Source: Eubacteriales bacterium (GTDB taxonomy: Bacteria > Bacillota > Clostridia > Oscillospirales > RGIG5299). Taken from it: a stretch of 64,000 bases of DNA. The translations under genes and the position numbers were made by a program. Shown here in pieces: positions 58,101 to 64,000 of the stretch. The DNA is taken from NCBI GenBank assembly GCA_045588575.1, contig JAZNEJ010000008.1:197492-261491 (forward strand), in the 5' to 3' direction. The notes below the pieces were generated by a model, which searched no databases, was not told the DNA's origin, and saw nothing but the letters and a program-made list of their open reading frames with translations. The first letter of the stretch is position 1. Every line of letters begins with the position of its first letter.

Positions 58101-59163
58101 AAGCCTCATTGAAAGCGGAAAATTAAGCTATGTTGTTTCCACCTCAACCAAGGGAAGAATGCCCGAAAGAGACAGCGTTAAAATTCGTCGCAAGGCAGTT
58201 GAAAGAGCAATTCCGTGCCTCACATCAATTGACACGGCAAATGCGGTTGCCGCTTGCTTAAAGAGCAAATACAGTCAGCACTCCACCGAGCTCGTTAACA
58301 TCAACGAGATGAGAAAAGAGCGTCAGTGCCTTAACTTCATAAAATATCAAACCGCAGGAAACGACTTTATTTATTTCGATTGCTTTAACCAAAAAATAAA
58401 CAATCCCGAAGGCTTGGCGGTAAGACTTTGCGACAGACATTTCGGCATAGGCGGCGACGGTATAGTTTTGATATTCCCCTCCGATAAAGCAGACGCCGAA
58501 ATGAAAATGTATAACTTAGACGGCTCCGAGGGCAAAATGAGCGGCAACGCTTTAAGAGGTGTTGCAAGATATCTTTACGACAGCAAGAGAGTAAACAAAA
58601 CCGAAATGTTAATCGCCACGGCGGCAGGCGAAAGAAAGGTAACGCTTCATAAAATGTACGATGAGGTTTCCTCGGCGTCGGTTGAAATGGGCAAAGCCGA
58701 GCTTAGCCCCGCAAAAATCCCCGTTCTTTTAGACGATGAAAGAGTAATTGCAAAAACCGTTAAATTCGGCGGCAAGGATTACGATATAACCTGCCTTGCA
58801 ATAGGAAATCCGCACTGCGTAATTTTCACCGATAACGTTATGAACGTTGATATTGAAAAGGTTGGTCCTCTCTTTGAAAACGACCGTCTTTTCCCTGAAA
58901 GAGTTAACACCGAATTCGTTCAGGTGCTCGATTCCGAAACGCTCAAAATGCGAGTTTGGGAAAGAGGAAGCGGCGAAACGTGGTCTTGCGGCACGGGTGC
59001 GGCGGCAGCTGCGGTTGCAGCCGTTTTAAACGGACACGCCGAAAAAGGAAAAGATATTAAGGTTAAAATTGTTGGCGGCGAAATAACGGTAAATTATACC
59101 GATGAGGGAATAACTCTTGCAGGAAACTGCGCAAAAATATTCGAAGGCACCGCAATAATATAA
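55117..59163 (+). CDS. carB: carbamoyl-phosphate synthase large subunit fused to a C-terminal DapF-like (diaminopimelate epimerase fold) domain
   Basis: A single 1348-aa ORF. Residues 1 to about 1070 are a complete CarB, with two ATP-grasp halves and an MGS-like domain. From about nt 58330 the sequence reads 'LNFIKYQTAGNDF...MSGNALRG...GNPHCVIF...ERGSGETWSCGTGAAA', which are DapF hallmarks. Confidence 0.88.
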   Translation: MPINPNIKKTVVIGSGPIVIGQAAEFDYAGAQACRVLKEDGVEVVLINSNPATIMTDEKMAAKVYIEPLTTTVVKRIIEKEKPDSILSTLGGQTGLTLSMQLAKEGFLDKMGVRLLGADPETIDKAEDRQSFKDTLASIGEPFVPSKVVNTLEDGKTFVDNEVGYPVVIRPAFTLGGTGGGICYNEDDMNEICQNGLKLSPITQVLVEKCISGWKEIEFEVIRDRVGNAIVVCSMENIDPVGVHTGDSIVAAPALTLNEKDFNMLKTSAINIVQALKVEGGCNVQFALNPVNSEYAVIEVNPRVSRSSALASKATGYPIARVATKIAIGYTLDEITENTERCKNGIFEPAVDYIVLKFPKWPFDKFVYANKTLGTQMKATGEVMSIGSSFEEALMKAVRGAEIKKSSMNTPAYASWSVDELIAEIKKCTDERIFLVWEALKRGVTHEEIYEITKIDWWFLDKLQGMLDFEREMAESELTDEIYLKAKKLGYPDKVIEEISGKKIKNRKLATYKVVDTCAKEFRVTSPYFYSSFDGEPCEATDFIKNNKTDKKTVIVFGSGPIRIGQGIEFDYASVHCVWALKEAGYDVVIVNNNPETVSTDFDTADRLYFEPLTTEDVESILEVEKPYGVVVAFGGQTAIKLTKFLSERGENILGTPADSIDAAEDRERFDALLERYKICRPAGHTVMTEEEAIKAATQLGYPVLMRPSYVLGGQNMIIAFSEADIKEYMKIILAQNIENPVLIDKYLGGTEIEVDAICDGEDILIPGIMEHIERAGIHSGDSIAVYPAWNVSDKMRERIVDVTKNLALELNTKGLINIQYLIYQGELYVIEVNPRSSRTVPYISKVTKIPMVDLATRAMLGEKIKDMGYGTGLYKVSPYVAIKVPVFSFEKLQNLDTHLGPEMKSTGEVLGIAATMEEALYKGLSAAGYTLKKEGGVFITVRNSDKHEVYEVAKNFYELGFKLYATEGTAKVIRDAGMEVEVVAKIHEGNNNTISLIESGKLSYVVSTSTKGRMPERDSVKIRRKAVERAIPCLTSIDTANAVAACLKSKYSQHSTELVNINEMRKERQCLNFIKYQTAGNDFIYFDCFNQKINNPEGLAVRLCDRHFGIGGDGIVLIFPSDKADAEMKMYNLDGSEGKMSGNALRGVARYLYDSKRVNKTEMLIATAAGERKVTLHKMYDEVSSASVEMGKAELSPAKIPVLLDDERVIAKTVKFGGKDYDITCLAIGNPHCVIFTDNVMNVDIEKVGPLFENDRLFPERVNTEFVQVLDSETLKMRVWERGSGETWSCGTGAAAAAVAAVLNGHAEKGKDIKVKIVGGEITVNYTDEGITLAGNCAKIFEGTAII

Positions 59164-59170
59164 CCGAAAT

Positions 59171-59210
59171 AAAAAGGCTCACACGAAATTCGTGTGAGCC
59201 TTTATTTTTT
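59171..59210. terminator. bidirectional terminator
   Basis: AAAAAGGCTCACACGAA att TTCGTGTGAGCCTTT followed by ATTTTTT. Confidence 0.8.
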
Positions 59211-59220
59211 TAACTCTAAA

Positions 59221-59454
59221 TTAGTCGAGCCACCAGATGTTGCCCTTTAAGATGATGAAGATAAGGTCGATGAGCCAAACGAAAGGTGCGCCTATAACGA
59301 GCAAAGCGCCTGCAATAACGATGCCCACGATGTTTTTCTTCTCAATGCTCTTTAAAAGACGGGTTACGTTCCAAATAACGTCGAGCACCGGAATGCAAAG
59401 AATTATTTTTGCAATAAAGGGGAGGTTATCCATGGTTTCAATAAATTTTCTCAT
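59221..59454 (-). CDS. small hypothetical membrane protein
   Basis: 77 aa with two TM helices. No family recognised. Confidence 0.45.
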   Translation of the reverse strand: MRKFIETMDNLPFIAKIILCIPVLDVIWNVTRLLKSIEKKNIVGIVIAGALLVIGAPFVWLIDLIFIILKGNIWWLD

Positions 59455-59570
59455 AATTTTTCTCCGTTTCGTAGATTTATTTTAGAATAGCATAAAACGG
59501 CGAATGTGTCAATATTTTAGCAAAAAAATCGGTATATTTTTGTCTTTGAGGCGCAAAATATGAGCGGAGG

Positions 59571-59945
59571 GTGATTAAAACGGAAATTTTTTTAACTTGT
59601 GCAAAAGCTTTTTTGGTGGGCGGCTTAATTTGTATGCTCTCGCAAATTTTAATAGATAAAACCGCGCTTACTCCCGCAAAAATTCTTGTAATTTTGCTTG
59701 GCTTCGGAATGCTTTTGGGAGCTTTCGGCATTTACGACTATATAATTGATTTTGCCTCTTCAGGTGCAACCGTGCCCATTTCGGGCTTTGGAAACGTTGT
59801 TAGTCAGGGCGTTATAAAGGCTGTTTCGGAAAAGGGATTTTTGGGAATTTTCACGGGCGGATTAACCGCGGCTTCGGGCGGAATTGCCGCCGCAATAGGC
59901 TTTGCTTTTTTAATGGCTGTTATTTTTAAGGCAAAAAGAAAATAA
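59571..59945 (+). CDS. spoVAEB: stage V sporulation protein AE-B (SpoVAC/SpoVAEB family)
   Basis: 124 aa. 'LVGGLICMLSQILID...LTPA' and 'GATVPISGFGN' match the SpoVAEB pattern. Confidence 0.78.
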   Translation: MIKTEIFLTCAKAFLVGGLICMLSQILIDKTALTPAKILVILLGFGMLLGAFGIYDYIIDFASSGATVPISGFGNVVSQGVIKAVSEKGFLGIFTGGLTAASGGIAAAIGFAFLMAVIFKAKRK

Positions 59946-60094
59946 CAACTCAAAATAAGACGGAAAAAAGTTAAACTCCGTCTTATTTTTTTGTAAAAAA
60001 GGTTGAAAAAAGCTTATAAAAATGCTATTATAATATAATAGCATAATATTATATAATAGGCTAAATATAAAGAAAAGAGGAAGGACAGTTAAAA

Positions 60095-63000
60095 ATGCGT
60101 TTAAATTCGTTAACCATTCAGGGTTTTAAATCCTTTCCCGATAAAATAAATATAGATTTTACCGATGGCCTTACCGCCATAGTCGGCCCCAACGGAAGCG
60201 GAAAAAGTAACATTTCCGATTCTATTCGCTGGGTTTTGGGCGAGATGAGCGCCAAGTCGCTTCGAGGCGGCAAAATGGAGGACGTTATCTTTAACGGCAC
60301 CAAAATAAGAAAGCCCTACGGCTTTGCAGAGGTATCGCTCACGTTAGATAACTCCGACCGCCACTTTAACTACGACTTCAACGAAATAACCGTTACCAGA
60401 AGGTATTTCCGCTCGGGCGAGAGTGAATATTTCATAAACAGGCAGCAGGTTCGTCTTAAAGATATAAACGAGCTGTTTATGGACACGGGCCTCGGCAAAG
60501 ACGGCTATTCGATGATAGGTCAGGGAAAGATAAGCGAAATTCTTTCGTCAAAGAGCGATGACCGCCGTCAAATCTTTGAGGAAGCGGCGGGCATTTCGAA
60601 ATTCCGCTATAAGAAAAACGAAGCCGAGCGAAAACTTGCGGCAGCCGAGGATAATCTTCTTCGCTTAAACGATATAATCACCGAGCTTGAAGCAAGAGTA
60701 GGCCCTCTTAAAGCCGAAAGCGAAAAGGCAAAGAGATATTTAACCCTTTTTGAAGAGCGCAAGGGCTTGGAGGTTAACGTTTGGTTAGACGCTATCGACA
60801 GAATGACCGAAACCGTGAGAATTGCCGAGGAAAAATACCGCATTGCAAAATTAGACCTTGAATCAGCAGAGGCGGCAAGCGAAAAGACCAACGAAACCAT
60901 TAACGCTCTTTTTGCCAAAACGGCGGAAATAAACGTTGAAACCGACGAGATTTTACATAAAATCGAAGAGCTTAAAGCAAGACTTTCGGAGGGCGACGGC
61001 AGAGCAATTGAAATTAAGGCAAATTCCGAAAGAAACTTAAACGATATTGAAAGAATTAAAAACGAAATCGGCGGCGGCGACGAAAGAAAGGCCGAGCTTT
61101 TAAAAGAGCGCGACGAGCGTCTTTTGAAGGTTAAGGAAAACGAAGAAAAAATCGCCGCTTTAAAGGCCGAAATGGAAAATCATCTTTTGCAAGACGCTCT
61201 TTTCTCACGTCAAACAGGCGAAAACAGCGAAAAAGCGGAGTTAATTAAAAATAAAATTTCCGAAAATCAGAGCCTTTACACATCGCTCTTGGTTGAGGCG
61301 GGAAGCGTTGGCACCGAAATTTCGGTTGCCGCAAGCGACATTGAGAGAATGAAGCTTCAAGTCAGCACGCAAGAGGCTGAGGTTCTCCGCCGTAAAAAGA
61401 TAAAGGAAGATTTCGAAAGAAAGCTAACGGAGATTGCTTCGAGAAGAGATAGCCTTAAAAACGTTTTAAACGGTTGGGCAATTAAAACCGCAACCAAAGA
61501 GTCGGCGGCAAAAGAAGCAGGTGAAAAACTTAACGCTTTTATCTCGAAGGTAACCGCGCAAAAAGACCGCTTAAATCTTTTAAGCGATATGGAGAAAAAT
61601 TACGTTGGATTCTATAACAGCATAAAAGCAGTTATGGACGCCTCTTCAAAGGGTGCGCTCCGAGGAATTAAAACCACCGTTGCCGAGGCTATTAAAACCG
61701 ATAACCGTTATGCGCTTGCAATGGAAACCCTTTTGGGTAATGCGCTCCAAAACATAATCACCGACAGTGAGGAGTCGGCAAAGGCCGCCGTTGAATATTT
61801 AAAAGCAAACGATTTGGGCAGAGCCACCTTTCTTCCTCAAACCTCGGTTAGAGGCGGAATGTTAAACGAAGCCGAAATAAAGAATTTCAAGGGATATGTC
61901 GGCATTGCGTCCGACCTTGCAAAATGCGCTCCCGAATATAAAAACGTTATTGAATTTTTGCTTGGCAGAAGCGCCGTAACCGAAACAATCGGCGATGCCA
62001 TTAAGCTTGCAAAGGCGTTTAACTACCGTTTCAGAGTGGTAACGCTCGACGGTCAGCTCATAAATGCGGGCGGCTCCATTACCGGCGGCTCATCAATCAA
62101 GCGCGTTGGCGTTTTCACGAGAGCAAACGAAATTGAAGATATTAAGAGCTCGCTTAAAAATGCCGAGGCGGAGGAAGCAAAGCTTAATGAGGCGTTAAAA
62201 GCCGCCGAATCGGAATATAACGAGCTTAAAGCAAAAAGCGAGGGCGCCGAGGCGGAATTAAGAACCGCAGAGGAAGAATTCATTAAAGCCGAGGCCGATT
62301 CCAAACACGCAAACCTTGTTTTTGAAGCGGCAGAGGAAGCTTTTTCGGCTCTTATGCTTTCGGTTTCTTCCAAGGAAAGCTTCAAGGCGGAGCAGGAAAG
62401 AAAGCGTTTGGATAACGCAAAGCGTGCCGCCGAGTGCGAAGAAATTTCCAAAAAGCTTAACGCCGAACTTTCAACTCTTTTGGGAGAGGGAAGCGATATT
62501 GAAGCAAAGAAAAAAGAGCTTAACGATAAAATTAACGAGGGCAGACTTGAAATATCGGGCGTGTTAAAAGATATTGAAGCCCAAAAAATGATGATTTCCG
62601 AAACCGAAAGCCGCATTTTCGAGCAAGAGAAATTTGCAGGCGAAAAGGAAGAAGAAATAAAGGCAATTTTAGAAAGAGAAGAGCTTTTAAAGAAAGAGCT
62701 TTCGGAAATAATAAACGGCAAAAAGCTTCTTGAAGACGGAATTGAGGCAGGCCACGAGGAAATAAGACGTCTCAGAGTTGAAAGAGACGAGGCGGAAAAG
62801 AAGGCAACCGAGCTTCGTCAGAAGGAAAAGGCAGATACCGACCTTATTGCCGCATTAAAGGCCGAAACCGCAAAGCTTGAAAACAAGAGCGAAAGCGCAA
62901 GAAACGAATACGACGTAATCGTAACGAAAATGTGGGACGAATATGAGCTCACCTTAACCGAGGCGGAATCGCTTCGAAACGCCGAAACCGATTTGGCTTA

Positions 63001-63661
63001 TGCAAACAAGAGAATTACCGAAATCAAAAAAGAGGTTAAGTCGCTCGGAAACGTAAACGTTGCGGCAATTGAAGAATATGCCGAGGTAAGCGAGCGTTAC
63101 GAAACTTTAAGCACGCAGTATAAAGACGTTACAACCGCAAAAACCGAGCTTGAAAAGATAATAGGAGAACTCACCAAGGAGATGCGTCAAATTTTCGAGG
63201 TTCAGTTTGCCGTTATCAACAAGCATTTCGATGCGGTGTTCAAGGAGCTTTTCGGCGGCGGCGAGGCATCGCTCGTTTTGGAAGAGCCGAACGACGTGTT
63301 AAATTCGGGCATTGATTTCAGAGTTGCCCCTCCCGGAAAGGTTATAAGAAATATGAGCTCGCTTTCGGGCGGTGAGCAAGCGCTCGTTGCCATTGCGCTC
63401 TATTTTGCAATTTTAAAGGTTCGTCCCGCACCGTTTTGCGTGCTTGACGAAATTGAGGCGGCGCTTGACGACGTTAACGTAGTCCGCTTTGCCGAATATT
63501 TAAAAACCGTAAACGATAAAACTCAGTTTATAGTAATCACTCACCGTCGAGGCACCATGGAGGCTGCCGACGTTCTTTACGGCGTAACGATGCAGGAAAA
63601 GGGCGTTTCGAAGCTTTTGGTTATTAACATTAACGACGTTGAGAAGAAATTTTTAAACTAA
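60095..63661 (+). CDS. smc: chromosome segregation protein SMC
   Basis: 1188 aa with Walker A 'GPNGSGKSN', long coiled coils, a hinge, the 'LSGGE' signature and Walker B 'FCVLDEIEAALD'. Confidence 0.96.
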   Translation: MRLNSLTIQGFKSFPDKINIDFTDGLTAIVGPNGSGKSNISDSIRWVLGEMSAKSLRGGKMEDVIFNGTKIRKPYGFAEVSLTLDNSDRHFNYDFNEITVTRRYFRSGESEYFINRQQVRLKDINELFMDTGLGKDGYSMIGQGKISEILSSKSDDRRQIFEEAAGISKFRYKKNEAERKLAAAEDNLLRLNDIITELEARVGPLKAESEKAKRYLTLFEERKGLEVNVWLDAIDRMTETVRIAEEKYRIAKLDLESAEAASEKTNETINALFAKTAEINVETDEILHKIEELKARLSEGDGRAIEIKANSERNLNDIERIKNEIGGGDERKAELLKERDERLLKVKENEEKIAALKAEMENHLLQDALFSRQTGENSEKAELIKNKISENQSLYTSLLVEAGSVGTEISVAASDIERMKLQVSTQEAEVLRRKKIKEDFERKLTEIASRRDSLKNVLNGWAIKTATKESAAKEAGEKLNAFISKVTAQKDRLNLLSDMEKNYVGFYNSIKAVMDASSKGALRGIKTTVAEAIKTDNRYALAMETLLGNALQNIITDSEESAKAAVEYLKANDLGRATFLPQTSVRGGMLNEAEIKNFKGYVGIASDLAKCAPEYKNVIEFLLGRSAVTETIGDAIKLAKAFNYRFRVVTLDGQLINAGGSITGGSSIKRVGVFTRANEIEDIKSSLKNAEAEEAKLNEALKAAESEYNELKAKSEGAEAELRTAEEEFIKAEADSKHANLVFEAAEEAFSALMLSVSSKESFKAEQERKRLDNAKRAAECEEISKKLNAELSTLLGEGSDIEAKKKELNDKINEGRLEISGVLKDIEAQKMMISETESRIFEQEKFAGEKEEEIKAILEREELLKKELSEIINGKKLLEDGIEAGHEEIRRLRVERDEAEKKATELRQKEKADTDLIAALKAETAKLENKSESARNEYDVIVTKMWDEYELTLTEAESLRNAETDLAYANKRITEIKKEVKSLGNVNVAAIEEYAEVSERYETLSTQYKDVTTAKTELEKIIGELTKEMRQIFEVQFAVINKHFDAVFKELFGGGEASLVLEEPNDVLNSGIDFRVAPPGKVIRNMSSLSGGEQALVAIALYFAILKVRPAPFCVLDEIEAALDDVNVVRFAEYLKTVNDKTQFIVITHRRGTMEAADVLYGVTMQEKGVSKLLVININDVEKKFLN

Positions 63662-63675
63662 AAGGGTAAGATTTA

Positions 63676-64000
63676 ATGAGCTTTTTTGAAAAAATAAAAA
63701 ACGGTCTTTCAAAAACAACGCAGTCGCTCGGCAGAGCTTTTTCAATAAGCAAGCTAAACGACGAAACGCTTGAAGAGCTTTTGGAAGCGTTAATAATGGC
63801 CGATTGCGGCATTGAAACGGCAGAGGAGATAATTGAACGTCTTAAAGCCGAGGCGAAAGCCAAAAATGCAAAGAGCGAGCAAGAAATTAAAGAAGTGCTT
63901 TGCGAAATTATTGCATCTGAAATGCAAAGCGGCAGCTTCGACTTTTCAAAAAGTCCTTCGGTTATTTTGGTTGTTGGCGTTAACGGCGCAGGCAAAACCA
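63676..64000 (+). CDS. ftsY: signal recognition particle receptor FtsY (5' part; runs off the window)
   Basis: The ATG at 63676 gives MSFFEKIKNGLSKTTQSL... and ends in the P-loop 'VVGVNGAGKT'. It is in the canonical smc-ftsY position. Confidence 0.9.
   Translation, partial: MSFFEKIKNGLSKTTQSLGRAFSISKLNDETLEELLEALIMADCGIETAEEIIERLKAEAKAKNAKSEQEIKEVLCEIIASEMQSGSFDFSKSPSVILVVGVNGAGKT

Noticed and set aside
60024-60042. 19-nt palindrome GCTATTATAATATAATAGC upstream of smc, and similar TATTATAATATAG strings before rnpB and tRNA-Thr, considered as a shared regulator site
   Set aside because: It is most simply explained as AT-rich -10 regions (TATAAT on both strands) of sigma-A promoters. There is not enough evidence for a distinct motif without a genome-wide count.

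Overview
This is the replication-origin region of a low-GC Firmicute chromosome, Clostridia-like and apparently spore-forming. The core backbone reads parS-parA-parB-HAD-parS, dnaA, oriC DnaA-box cluster, dnaN-recF-remB-gyrB-gyrA, then housekeeping genes: tatD, a polysaccharide deacetylase, an amidase, two M24 peptidases, rnpB, trpS, serC-serA, PBP1A, prfB, rplM-rpsI, purA, carB, spoVAEB, smc and ftsY. The left edge carries a minus-strand CotH / DUF4956 / VTC / lipoprotein operon. An accessory patch at about 27.8-34.3 kb holds six items. (1) A sigma-region-4-like regulator. (2) A type II R-M cassette inserted into a terminator that is now duplicated as 37-bp direct repeats. (3) A GC-rich collagen-like gene made of ten 27-bp tandem repeats. 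(4) A Mor-like regulator. (5) A zinc-ribbon/SHOCT protein. (6) A 20-bp duplication of the 3' end of tRNA-Ala, which looks like an att scar. The strongest single oddity is an uninterrupted 1348-aa ORF in which a complete CarB is fused in frame to a DapF-like epimerase domain. In that domain the first catalytic Cys is Ser, and no carA lies nearby. Other items are a small TM + CxC-repeat protein with its own promoter and terminator, an operator-like repeat array, a hairpin-dense intergenic region and several candidate leader structures. No CRISPR array, rRNA, transposase or integrase was seen. All calls come from reading the sequence and translations by eye; no searches or computations were run.
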